Below are positions 1-8,869 of a stretch of DNA of 49,664 bases, one piece after another. Made by a program: the position numbers and the translations under genes. The notes beneath the pieces were generated by a model, which was not told the origin of the DNA, did no database searches, and saw nothing but the letters and a program-made list of their open reading frames with translations. The stretch comes from Candidatus Kapaibacterium sp. (GTDB taxonomy: Bacteria > Bacteroidota > Ignavibacteria > Kapaibacteriales > Kapaibacteriaceae), in assembly GCA_032117915.1 (NCBI GenBank), contig JAULYI010000102.1, positions 1-49,664 of the forward strand, in the 5' to 3' direction. Numbering within the stretch: position 1 is the stretch's first letter; each line of letters begins with the position of its first letter.

Positions 1-1
1 A

Positions 2-1972
2 TGGAAGATCGCCAATGCCGTCACCCTCACGGTCAAAGGTGCATCGATCACGGCACCTACGGGCGGACAGGAGCTGTGCCCGGGCCAGACCCTCGGCATC
101 ACATGGACGCAGACGGGACTTGCGCAAGTGCGTGTAGAAGCATCGCCCAACAACGGTACGACGTGGACCGCTATTGCGCCGACGGTCACGGCAAGTGCCG
201 GTGCATACAACTGGACGATCCCCGGCGATCAGCAGGCATCGACGCAGTACATTGTTCGACTGGTGGATGCGGCAAGCGGGCAGGAAGTAACGCGCTCAGG
301 CGTCTTTACGATCCTGCCGGGGCCTACCATCGTGCAGCAGCCCGAGGATGTGCGCGAGTGCATTGGAGGCACGTTCACGCTCAGCATCGGCATTGCCCAG
401 GCAGATGCCCAGCTTCGCTGGCGTAAGAACGGCGAGATCATACCGGGAGCCGTCAATCCTACTCTTACCATCGTCAATGCCAAGCAGTCGGATGCCGGCT
501 CGTATGACGTCCAGGTCTTCGGCTGCGGCCAGTCACTCTCGCGCACAGCCACGGTGGCCATCCTGCAGCGACCGGCTATTACGCGCCAGCCAACGGCGGC
601 CAGTGCGTGTCAGGATCAGCCGGTATTCATCGAGGTTCAGGCCACGGGAGACAGTCTGACGTATCAGTGGTATAAGAGCGGCGAGGCCATTCCGGCTCAG
701 ACATCAGCCAAGCTTTCGTTTGCCCAGGCATCCATCTTCGACGACGCATCGTATTACTGCATCGTCACCGGTGGCTGCACTCCTGTCTTGACAACCGATA
801 CGGTTCAGATCACCGTACTCGAGTCTCCGCGTATCACCGGTGAGCCTTCAGACAAGGCACTGAGCGAAGGCGAGGCCCTGGTGCTAAGCGTACAGGCTAC
901 CGGTAAGCAGCTGCGATATCACTGGATGAAGGACGGTAAGTCGATCACCGGAGCCACAGAGGCGACGTACCGTATCAATGCCGTGGTACGTGCTGACTCC
1001 GGACGATACATGTGTTCCGTCAAGAACGCCTGCGACTCTGCCGTTACCAAGGTTGCCAGCGTCACAGTTCAGCCTGCCAGCGGTCCCGGCATTCTGGTCC
1101 TGGATCAGCCTCAGGTAACCTTCGGCACGATCGCCGTCTGTGAACGTCCGACAGAAACCTTCAGCGGTCTGCTGCGGAACCGTGGTGGTTCGCCGGTCAC
1201 CATTACCACGATCAGTGTTGACCCGCCCAGTCTTCTCAGTGTTGTCGATGTGGACTTGCCGCTTGTGATCCCGGCCGGAGAGAGCCGTGATCTCCGCCTG
1301 CGTTGTAATCCCAAGGCTCAGGGCGACCTTTCCGCAACGGTCGCCTTCTTTGTCGCCGGTGTGCGCACGGAGCTCCAGGTGAAGGCTGTGGTGACGCCGG
1401 GTACGACCGTCGATGCAGACACCCTGTTCTTCGTGCCAGGTGTGGATCAGCAGCCGGCTAGGTGCAACGTACTTGATACCGTGCAGTGCGATCAGATCAC
1501 GATCACCGCTGTTCGGATCTCGGGTGCCGGTGCTTCGTCCTATCGCTTTGTGGCCCTGCCTGCGCTCCCCGTTACCGTTGCAAAGGGACAGTCGATGAAT
1601 GTCTGCCTCGAAGCTGTCGGTCCTACCGGTGGTACAGCCACGGTCACCATTGAGTCCTCTGCCGGTGACGAGCAGTTCCTTGTCGTGCGTGACGTTCTTG
1701 CATCGGTTGACGACGCCGATGTGTCAGAAATGTTCTCCATCGCCCCTAACCCCACCACTGGTGCTATCAGCATCACGGCCCCCAATGGCACACATACGCT
1801 CATGGTACTTGATGTGCAGGGTGCCGTTGTATTCCAGCAAGCTCTCGATGCATCCAGCATGGTATGGGATGGTCGGTCAATGCATGGGGCCATGGTTGCA
1901 CCGGGCATCTACACGGTGGTCTTCGAGGGAGCGTCGCGTACAACATCTGCTTCACTGGTTGTGATACGCTGA
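2..1972 (+). CDS. Secreted Ig-repeat surface protein with T9SS type-A C-terminal sorting domain (5' end outside window)
   Basis: Frame 2 is open from nt 2; the ORF track starts it at an internal GTG (128). The upstream translation ...GQTLGITWTQTGLAQVRVEASPNNGTTWTAI... continues a domain, so the true start lies outside the window. The protein has three ~83-aa Ig-like repeats, then two beta-sandwich modules (LDQPQVTFGTIAVCERPTETFSGLLRNRGGSPVTITTISV...). The C-terminus FSIAPNPTTGAISI...APGIYTVVFEG...SLVVIR is typical of T9SS sorting domains. Confidence 0.8.
   Translation, partial: WKIANAVTLTVKGASITAPTGGQELCPGQTLGITWTQTGLAQVRVEASPNNGTTWTAIAPTVTASAGAYNWTIPGDQQASTQYIVRLVDAASGQEVTRSGVFTILPGPTIVQQPEDVRECIGGTFTLSIGIAQADAQLRWRKNGEIIPGAVNPTLTIVNAKQSDAGSYDVQVFGCGQSLSRTATVAILQRPAITRQPTAASACQDQPVFIEVQATGDSLTYQWYKSGEAIPAQTSAKLSFAQASIFDDASYYCIVTGGCTPVLTTDTVQITVLESPRITGEPSDKALSEGEALVLSVQATGKQLRYHWMKDGKSITGATEATYRINAVVRADSGRYMCSVKNACDSAVTKVASVTVQPASGPGILVLDQPQVTFGTIAVCERPTETFSGLLRNRGGSPVTITTISVDPPSLLSVVDVDLPLVIPAGESRDLRLRCNPKAQGDLSATVAFFVAGVRTELQVKAVVTPGTTVDADTLFFVPGVDQQPARCNVLDTVQCDQITITAVRISGAGASSYRFVALPALPVTVAKGQSMNVCLEAVGPTGGTATVTIESSAGDEQFLVVRDVLASVDDADVSEMFSIAPNPTTGAISITAPNGTHTLMVLDVQGAVVFQQALDASSMVWDGRSMHGAMVAPGIYTVVFEGASRTTSASLVVIR
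317..1069 (+). repeat. Three tandem Ig (I-set-like) domain repeats at protein level, inside the CDS 2..1972
   Basis: Each unit repeats the pattern QP...C...W.K.G..I.......L.I......D.G.Y.C. Examples are LRWRKNGEIIPG...SDAGSYDVQVFGC, TYQWYKSGEAIPA...DDASYYCIVTGGC and RYHWMKDGKSITG...ADSGRYMCSVKNAC. Confidence 0.6.
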
Positions 1973-2000
1973 TCGACACGAGCATAACCGCAAACGAACA

Positions 2001-2035
2001 CGCCCCTGTCGGCCTAGCCGACAGGGGCGTTGTTA
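2001..2035. terminator. Bidirectional intrinsic terminator between convergent genes
   Basis: A perfect 13-bp GC-rich stem cgcccctgtcggc / gccgacaggggcg with a 3-nt loop (cta), followed by ttgtt. It lies between the stop of the Ig-repeat gene (1972) and the stop of gdh (2056). Confidence 0.7.
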
Positions 2036-2055
2036 TGATCGGCATTGGAGGATGC

Positions 2056-3516
2056 TTAGGGGAAGATACCCAGTGACATGTAGCTCTGGGCGATCTTATC
2101 GATCGAGCTTACGAAGGCCGCTGTACGCATATCCTTGACCTTTGGATTGCCGTAGAAGTGCTCCATGATCGTGTGGTACGAGGAGATCATCGTGTCCTCG
2201 AGACCCGAATTCACCAGGTCCTCTTCTTCAGCACCGCGAGCAATGAATGCTCGATCGGTTGCGGAAAGAGACTTACCGGTGAGTTGCTCGATCGTGTTCA
2301 CAAGGCGCGTATTCGTGCCTTCTTCAAAGCGCTTGTCCATCCGGCCGAAGCGCACGTGGGACAGATTCTTGAGCCATTCGAAGTAGGACACAACGACACC
2401 GCCGGCATTCACGAACATGTCGGGCATGACCAGGATGCCCTTCTTGTTAAGGATGTCTTCGGCTACGGATGTAACGGGACCGTTAGCGCCTTCGGCGATG
2501 ATCTTCGCCTTGATCTTCGGAGCGTTCTCCTTGTAGATCTGGTTTTCGAGGGCTGCCGGCACAAGGATATCACAGTCGTATTCGAGAACACTGTTACCAT
2601 CCTTGATCGTCTTGCCACCGGCAAAGCCGGTGATCGAACCCTTGGCCAGACGGTGCTGGTTCAGCGCTTCGATATCCAGGCCCTTCGGGTTCACCACAGC
2701 GCCGTCCCACTCGATGATGCCGATAACGGTAGATCCCGCTTCGGCAAGGAACTTCGCAGCGTGATAGCCAACATTGCCGAAGCCCTGGACGATCACGCGC
2801 TTGTCGCCAAGGCCGGTGGTCATCTTGAGCTTCTTCATCAGCTTCACATCGTTCACGGCTTCGCGAACGGCGAAGTACAGGCCGCGGCCTGTGGCTGCCG
2901 TACGGCCGCGAACGCCACCTTGACCGACCGGCTTGCCGGTGACGCAGCCAAGAGCGTTAAGATCGCCATTCGACATCGCCTGATACGTGTCGGCGATCCA
3001 TGCCATCTCGCGAGGTCCAGTGCCATAGTCAGGCGCGGGAACGTCGATCGACGGACCAATGAAGTTCTTCTTGAAGAGCTCGACCGTGTATCGGCGCGTG
3101 ATGCGCTCCAGCTCATCAACGGAGTAGTTCTTCGGGTTGATGCGAATTCCGCCCTTACCACCGCCAAACGGCACGTCAACGACGGCGCACTTGTAGGTCA
3201 TGAGTGCGGCAAGAGCCTGCACTTCATCTTGGTCGACAGTTTCCGCATAGCGGATGCCGCCCTTCGTCGGCAGTTTGTGGTGACTGTGTTCGGCACGCCA
3301 TGCTTCGACCACCTGGATCTCGCCCTTGATACGGACGGGAAACTGCATGTAATACACCGAGTTGCAGACGCGGATCTGATCGAGCAAGCCCTTGGGGTGG
3401 CCCGTCAGCGCGGCAGCCTTATCGAAGTATGCGTTGACCGAGGTCAGGAACGGCTGCGAACCGTGCGGAATCGCCGTGTTCGCTTGAGTACCGCGTTTTG
3501 CGGATGTGGAACCCAT
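2056..3516 (-). CDS. gdh: Glutamate dehydrogenase (Glu/Leu/Phe/Val dehydrogenase family, animal GLUD1-like subtype)
   Basis: Motifs [66 protein letters not shown] (Rossmann fold), [14 protein letters not shown] and [19 protein letters not shown]. Confidence 0.93.
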   Translation of the reverse strand: MGSTSAKRGTQANTAIPHGSQPFLTSVNAYFDKAAALTGHPKGLLDQIRVCNSVYYMQFPVRIKGEIQVVEAWRAEHSHHKLPTKGGIRYAETVDQDEVQALAALMTYKCAVVDVPFGGGKGGIRINPKNYSVDELERITRRYTVELFKKNFIGPSIDVPAPDYGTGPREMAWIADTYQAMSNGDLNALGCVTGKPVGQGGVRGRTAATGRGLYFAVREAVNDVKLMKKLKMTTGLGDKRVIVQGFGNVGYHAAKFLAEAGSTVIGIIEWDGAVVNPKGLDIEALNQHRLAKGSITGFAGGKTIKDGNSVLEYDCDILVPAALENQIYKENAPKIKAKIIAEGANGPVTSVAEDILNKKGILVMPDMFVNAGGVVVSYFEWLKNLSHVRFGRMDKRFEEGTNTRLVNTIEQLTGKSLSATDRAFIARGAEEEDLVNSGLEDTMISSYHTIMEHFYGNPKVKDMRTAAFVSSIDKIAQSYMSLGIFP

Positions 3517-3567
3517 AGGTTGAATCCACTGTGTGATAAAATGGTGAGCTGATACGATGTCGGATGA

Positions 3568-4698
3568 TCAGAGGTTGCCACGACGAGCCTGCTCGCGCTC
3601 GATGGCTTCGAACAACGCCTTAAAGTTGCCCTTGCCGAAGCTCTGGGCACCTTTGCGCTGGATGATCTCGTAGAACAGGGTCGGACGGTCTTCGACAGGC
3701 TTCGAAAAGAGTTGAAGCAGGTAGCCTTCATCGTCACGGTCCACAAGGATACCAAGGTCGCGGAGCGGTTCGATGTCTTCATCGATCGGGCCTACGCGGT
3801 CCAGCAGATCGTCATAGTAGGTTTTCGGAACCTGCAGGAACTGGACGCCACGACGCTTGAGCTCTTTGACGGTGTGCACAATGTCGTTCGTTGCAATGGC
3901 AATGTGCTGCACGCCTGGTCCATGGTAGAACTCGAGATATTCGTCGATCTGGCTCTTCTTCTTGCCTTCGGCCGGCTCATTGATGGGGAACTTCACGTAG
4001 CCGGTGCCATTCGAAACCACCTTGGACATCAGCGCTGAATATTCGGTCGAGATGTCCTTATCGTCGAACGTCAACAGGAGCTTGAAGCCCATCACGTCTT
4101 CGTAGAACCGCACCCACTCGTTCATCTGCCCCAGCTCTACATTGCCAACGCAATGGTCCACGTACAGCAGGCCGACGGGTTCCGTCTGAAAGCCGTCATC
4201 CATGGCTTCGTATCCGGGCATGAAGACGCCGTTATAGTTCCGGCGCTCGACAAACGTATGGATGGTGTCGCCGTAGGTATGGATCGAAGCTACCTTGACT
4301 TCGCCGTGTGCATCCGTAAGAGTGGTTGGCGCTCCGGCACTGCGAGCACCGCGCGAGGTCGTCTCCATCCATGACCTCTCGGCATCGTCAACCCAAAGAG
4401 CGAGCACCTTGACTCCGTCGCCGTGCCGCTTGATGTGTTCGCTGATCTCACTGTCCGGCCCCATGGGCGTTGTGAGCATCAGACGAACCTTGCCTTGCTG
4501 CAGCACATACGAGGCACGGTCTCTGACCCCTGTTTCCGGTCCTGCATAGGCCACGAGTCGGAAGCCGAATGCAGTGCGGTAGTAGTACGATGCCTGCTTG
4601 GCGTTTCCGACATAGAACTCGATGTAGTCCGTTCCGTTGATCGGAAGGAAATCTTCGGTGGCCGTTGCAGAGGGGGCCGTGAGCGTGTCGGTCAACAT
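3568..4698 (-). CDS. hppD: 4-hydroxyphenylpyruvate dioxygenase
   Basis: Motifs YIEFYVGNAKQASYYY, VQHIAIATNDIVHTVKELKRRGVQFLQVPKTYYDDL and the C-terminal GNFKALFEAIEREQARRGNL. I place the start at ATG 4698 (MLTDTL...). The ORF-track extension to 4893 runs into the upstream aminotransferase gene and has no family-like sequence. Confidence 0.9.
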   Translation of the reverse strand: MLTDTLTAPSATATEDFLPINGTDYIEFYVGNAKQASYYYRTAFGFRLVAYAGPETGVRDRASYVLQQGKVRLMLTTPMGPDSEISEHIKRHGDGVKVLALWVDDAERSWMETTSRGARSAGAPTTLTDAHGEVKVASIHTYGDTIHTFVERRNYNGVFMPGYEAMDDGFQTEPVGLLYVDHCVGNVELGQMNEWVRFYEDVMGFKLLLTFDDKDISTEYSALMSKVVSNGTGYVKFPINEPAEGKKKSQIDEYLEFYHGPGVQHIAIATNDIVHTVKELKRRGVQFLQVPKTYYDDLLDRVGPIDEDIEPLRDLGILVDRDDEGYLLQLFSKPVEDRPTLFYEIIQRKGAQSFGKGNFKALFEAIEREQARRGNL

Positions 4699-5819
4699 GA
4701 CGATGCAGTCTTTTGTGAAACGTAGGTGGGTGCCATAGCTCGAAGGACGCTGGCAAGGGCTGAATTCTGCTCTGGCAAACCGGTGCTGATGCGCACGCAC
4801 TGGGGCAGGCCGAAGCCTGTCAGCGGACGTGCAATGAATCCACGGCGGAGCAGATCCACATGGAATGCTGACGCCGTCTCCGGTGAACCGCAATCAACCA
4901 TGACGAAATTCGCCACACTGTCCGACGTGGCAAAGCCGCAACTGCGAAGTGTTTCCTGCAGAAGCACTAATCCATCGTGGTTGGTACGGACCGTTGTTGC
5001 TACGAACGCTGTGTCATCCAGTGCTGCAATAGCGGCGGCGCAAGCCGGACCGTTCGGGTCGAAGGGCAGACTCGTGCGCAGCAGCCACTTCATCACGTCG
5101 GGATGTCCAACAGCGTAGCCAACGCGAAGCGCGGCCAGACCGTAGGCCTTTGAAAAGGTCCGCAACGCGATCACGTTCGGAAGGCCCATCGTCGTGGCAT
5201 TGGGATAGGTCTCAGGCGCTTCGTGGGCGGCATACTCGCAATATGCTTCGTCAAGGACGAGGAGCGTGGTAGCGGGGATACGCTCAACCAGCCATGCGAG
5301 TTCATCACGGGTGATGAAGGTGCCCGTCGGATTGTTTGGATTGGCGATATAGATGACCTTGGTCTGTGGCGTGTGTGCCGCCGCAAGGGCCTCTACATCA
5401 AATCGGAATCCATGCAGATAGGGAACAAGTGATGGCGTGGAACCGGCTGCCGTTACTGCGATGCGGAAGCTCACGAAGCTACCGTGCGATGACAGTGCCG
5501 TCTCACCCGGCAACAGAAACGTCCGCATGATCTGATGGATGATGGCATCGCTGCCATTGTGCACGCTGATCGCGTTGGCACCCACACCGTGATGCTCGGA
5601 GAGTCTGGCTCTGAGGGCCGCCCCCCCGTCGTTGTACCGATGCGCATGCTGCAGTGCATCGATGGCGGCGGCAATGCCCTTGGGAGACGGACCAAACGGA
5701 TTTTCGTTCGACGCCAGTTTAAGGACGTTGTCCAGGCCATACTGGCGCTTGATATCCTCCGGTGAGGCACCCGGCGTGTAAGGCGTAAGGTGGTGCAGGT
5801 AAGCTGGTACGTCGATCAT
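4692..5819 (-). CDS. hisC: Histidinol-phosphate/aromatic aminotransferase (class II PLP aminotransferase)
   Basis: Motifs LASNENPFGPSP and FSKAYGLAALRVGYAVG (PLP lysine). I chose the start at ATG 5819 (MIDVPAYLHHLTPY); 5873 is possible. The stop overlaps the hppD start (ATGTTGA). The position next to hppD suggests tyrosine/aromatic transamination rather than, or in addition to, histidine synthesis. Confidence 0.8.
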   Translation of the reverse strand: MIDVPAYLHHLTPYTPGASPEDIKRQYGLDNVLKLASNENPFGPSPKGIAAAIDALQHAHRYNDGGAALRARLSEHHGVGANAISVHNGSDAIIHQIMRTFLLPGETALSSHGSFVSFRIAVTAAGSTPSLVPYLHGFRFDVEALAAAHTPQTKVIYIANPNNPTGTFITRDELAWLVERIPATTLLVLDEAYCEYAAHEAPETYPNATTMGLPNVIALRTFSKAYGLAALRVGYAVGHPDVMKWLLRTSLPFDPNGPACAAAIAALDDTAFVATTVRTNHDGLVLLQETLRSCGFATSDSVANFVMVDCGSPETASAFHVDLLRRGFIARPLTGFGLPQCVRISTGLPEQNSALASVLRAMAPTYVSQKTASSC

Positions 5820-5940
5820 GGTGTGTGAGGTTGAAACGTCCTGCAAAACTAGCAACTGTTGATAATTCGGCACCTGTGCAGGGTATGCCAGGTTCTATCT
5901 TCGCAACCGTAGAAGGCGTTCCATTTTCCATTGCTCGCTC

Positions 5941-6942
5941 GTGCGTCCTCGCATCGTCATCATCTTCACCGGCGGCACTATCGCCTCCAAGCTCGATCAG
6001 GAGTGGGGCGGCGTCGTACCGAGTCTTTCAGGCGGCGAGATCCTGGCCAAGATCCCGGGTGTTCGTGACATCGCGGATATTCACATCCATGAATACGGCA
6101 CGTTTCCGGGGCCGCACATGACGCCGGAACGAATGCTTGCCTTGTCCCGCATCGTGCAGCAGTATGCCAACAGCGACGAGGTTGACGGTATCATCGTGAC
6201 GCATGGAACTGATACGCTGGAGGAAACTGCGTATTTCCTGGACTGTAGTGTTCGCTCGGAGAAACCGATCATTGTGATCGGAGCCATGCGTAACTCCAGT
6301 CAACCTGATTGGGACGGCCCCCGTAATGTTCGGGATGCCATCCACCTAGCGGCCCATCCCGACGCTCGCGGCCTTGGCGTCGTCGTCTGCCTGGGCGGCA
6401 TCGTCAGTGCTGCATCGGAGGCCTCCAAAACGGATACCGATGACCTCACGACGTTTCAGAGCTTTGACTTTGGTCCTCTCGGACGTATCACGAATGGTCA
6501 CTTCCTGCTCCATCGTCGCCCCCTGCACCGTGAAGTGTTTGATGTGAAAGACCTTCCGGCCTTTGTGCCATTGCTGAAGTCCTATGCCGGAATGGATGCT
6601 ACGCTCATCAAGGCCAGCAGAGATGCTGCCGCTTCGGCTATCGTCATCGAAGCATTTGGTGTGGGTAACGTCACGCCGGCCGTGTTCTATGAACTGGTTA
6701 CATCGGTGAAGCAAGGATTACCGGTCATCCTCGTGTCGCGTTGCCCGGTAGGACGCATCGAGCATACCTATGCCTACGAGGGTGCAGGACGCCATCTGCA
6801 TGAGGCAGGTGTGGTGTTTGCCGATTATCTGAACGGACAAAAAGCCCGCATCAAGGTCATGTGTGCCTTGGGGGCAGGGTTTGACGTCGAGGCGATACGA
6901 CGCTCGTTTGAATGGGTTGATGCGCTGGAGCGACGCGTATGA
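5941..6942 (+). CDS. ansA: L-asparaginase (type I-like)
   Basis: Motifs IIFTGGTIAS (catalytic Thr) and VTHGTDTLEETAYFL. GTG start. The stop overlaps the alr start (ATGA). Confidence 0.85.
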   Translation: MRPRIVIIFTGGTIASKLDQEWGGVVPSLSGGEILAKIPGVRDIADIHIHEYGTFPGPHMTPERMLALSRIVQQYANSDEVDGIIVTHGTDTLEETAYFLDCSVRSEKPIIVIGAMRNSSQPDWDGPRNVRDAIHLAAHPDARGLGVVVCLGGIVSAASEASKTDTDDLTTFQSFDFGPLGRITNGHFLLHRRPLHREVFDVKDLPAFVPLLKSYAGMDATLIKASRDAAASAIVIEAFGVGNVTPAVFYELVTSVKQGLPVILVSRCPVGRIEHTYAYEGAGRHLHEAGVVFADYLNGQKARIKVMCALGAGFDVEAIRRSFEWVDALERRV

Positions 6943-8066
6943 GGTCGACCATTGCACGCATCGATCTTGAGGCCTTGAAGTGGAACCTCTCTGTGATCCG
7001 TCATCGGGTCGGCAACCAGCGTATTCTGGCGATGGTAAAGGCCAATGCCTATGGCCATGGAATGATCACCGTGAGCAAGACGCTTGTGCACGAAGGTGTG
7101 GATATGCTTGGTGTGGCCTTGGTTGATGAGGCTATACAGCTTCGAGAGGCCGGTATCAGGACGCCGATCATGGTACTCACGCCCGTGGATGCAGCAGAAG
7201 CGCACCTTGTGGTCCGGCATGACCTGTTAACGGTAGCCTGTGACCTTGCACAGGTGCGGGCCCTCGACGACGCTGCTCGACAGGCCGACTGTGTTGCAAC
7301 GGTGCACCTGTATGTTGATACCGGTATGAACAGAGAAGGAGTGCGCCCGGAGCAGGTGCTGGCCTTTGTGCAGGAGATCGACGCATTGACGCATGTTCGT
7401 GCAACGGGGGTACTGACGCACTTTTCAACGGCCGACAACCCGCATACCCCGCATCTGACTGAACAGCGCGATGCCTTCGGGGCCGTGCTGCTTCAACTTG
7501 CCGACTATGGTCGGACGTTTGACGACGTCCACTTGGCCAACACGGCGGCCATCTGGAACGATACGTCAACGCATGGTACGCTTGTTAGGCCCGGCTTGTC
7601 ACTGTATGGCTATGCAGCGTCGGGTGATGACGTGATGACGCTACGACCGGTCATGTCGATCGTTACGACCGTCCTCTCCAAGCGCCGGATCCGTGCCGGT
7701 GAAACGGTAAGCTACGGCCGTCGATGGATGGCCGCCATGGATACGACCATCGTGACCATTCCGATCGGCTATGGTGATGGCTATCCGCGCCACCTCTCCG
7801 GCGTATCTTGGTGTCTGATCGGCGGTAAACGTCGTCCGATCGTCGGTACAATCTGCATGGACGAATGCATGGTCGACGTCGGTGACGACGCCGTCGAGAT
7901 CGGCGACGAGGTCGTTATCATGGGAACGCAGCCTACGAGCGATGGCCATCTGCAATCCATTGATGCGACGGATATTGCCGCCTGGGGTCACACGATCCCC
8001 TATGAGATCACGACGGCGATTGCTGCGCGCGTGCCACGTGTTTACCTTACCAACACCGAATCGTAG
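6939..8066 (+). CDS. alr: Alanine racemase
   Basis: AMVKANAYGHG (PLP-lysine motif), DTGMNREG and the C-terminal ...ARVPRVY. Confidence 0.92.
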   Translation: MRSTIARIDLEALKWNLSVIRHRVGNQRILAMVKANAYGHGMITVSKTLVHEGVDMLGVALVDEAIQLREAGIRTPIMVLTPVDAAEAHLVVRHDLLTVACDLAQVRALDDAARQADCVATVHLYVDTGMNREGVRPEQVLAFVQEIDALTHVRATGVLTHFSTADNPHTPHLTEQRDAFGAVLLQLADYGRTFDDVHLANTAAIWNDTSTHGTLVRPGLSLYGYAASGDDVMTLRPVMSIVTTVLSKRRIRAGETVSYGRRWMAAMDTTIVTIPIGYGDGYPRHLSGVSWCLIGGKRRPIVGTICMDECMVDVGDDAVEIGDEVVIMGTQPTSDGHLQSIDATDIAAWGHTIPYEITTAIAARVPRVYLTNTES

Positions 8067-8077
8067 GCGGGAAGCTC

Positions 8078-8869
8078 ATGTACAGCATCAAACTGGACAA
8101 CTTCGAGGGACCACTCGACCTGCTCATGTTTTTCATCAAGCGTGACGAGCTGGACATCTACGACATTCCCATAGCCTCGATCACGCAGGAGTTCCTTGAA
8201 TACGTGCGGATCATGGAGCTGCTCGATCTTGAGCTGGCCGGCGAGTTTGTTGTGATGGCCGCCACGCTCCTGGGTATCAAAGCGCAAATGCTGCTGCCGC
8301 GTGAGACGGCGGTCGGCCCCGACGGTGTCGAGGTTGAGTTGGAGGATCCGCGTTCCGAACTCGTTCAAAAGCTGCTGGAGTATAAGCGCTATAAAGAAGT
8401 TGCCGACCAGCTCTCGACGCAGGCGGATGAGCAGCGCTATGTTCTGTACCGTCAGGTGTTCGAAGCCGAAGAGATTCATGCGGCCGAGCATGTTGGCTAT
8501 CGGAATGCGACGCTCTTCGATCTGCTGAAGGCGCTGAAGCGTGCCATCGATCGTGCACCCGACGAACCGGCGCCACACGTGGTCACACGGTTCCCGATCA
8601 CCGTCGAAGAGAAGTCATCAGAGATTCTGCATATGCTTCGCCAGCGTCCGTCGGTCAAGTTCTTCGAGGTTATCGGTAACCTGACGCGCATGCATATCGT
8701 TGTGACGTTCCTGGCACTGCTTGAACTGGCAAAGAACCATCAGATCCGCGTGCAGCAAGACGATGTCTTCGACGATATCGTCATTGTGATGCGCCGAGAG
8801 CATGATGATGACGCTCCGTCTGACTCGGTGTCCGGCGAAGCCCCCACACAACCAACCGAGACTTTGTGA
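8078..8869 (+). CDS. scpA: Segregation and condensation protein A
   Basis: The N-terminus LDNFEGPLDLLMFFIKRDELDIYDIPIASITQEFLEY is the ScpA signature, and the gene sits directly upstream of scpB. Confidence 0.9.
   Translation: MYSIKLDNFEGPLDLLMFFIKRDELDIYDIPIASITQEFLEYVRIMELLDLELAGEFVVMAATLLGIKAQMLLPRETAVGPDGVEVELEDPRSELVQKLLEYKRYKEVADQLSTQADEQRYVLYRQVFEAEEIHAAEHVGYRNATLFDLLKALKRAIDRAPDEPAPHVVTRFPITVEEKSSEILHMLRQRPSVKFFEVIGNLTRMHIVVTFLALLELAKNHQIRVQQDDVFDDIVIVMRREHDDDAPSDSVSGEAPTQPTETL

Noticed and set aside
1-426. 141-aa frame-1 ORF starting at nt 1
   Set aside because: It overlaps the frame-2 Ig-repeat gene, which is open from nt 2 and has clear domain structure. The frame-1 product is Arg/Cys/His-rich and shows no recognisable motif.
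2158-3552. 464-aa ORF on the plus strand
   Set aside because: It is entirely antisense to the well-supported gdh gene. Its composition is Arg/Leu/Ala/Val-rich and low-complexity, as expected for a shadow ORF in high-GC DNA, and it has no recognisable motif.
3568-4893. Long N-terminal extensions offered by the ORF track for several genes: hppD to 4893, lipA to 11923, metH from 15992, the BNR protein from 44922, rimM to 49302, giant B from 25519, rodZ to 32096
   Set aside because: Each extension overlaps the neighbouring gene or a terminator hairpin and lacks family-like sequence. An internal ATG/GTG lies at the point where homology-like sequence or a signal peptide begins.
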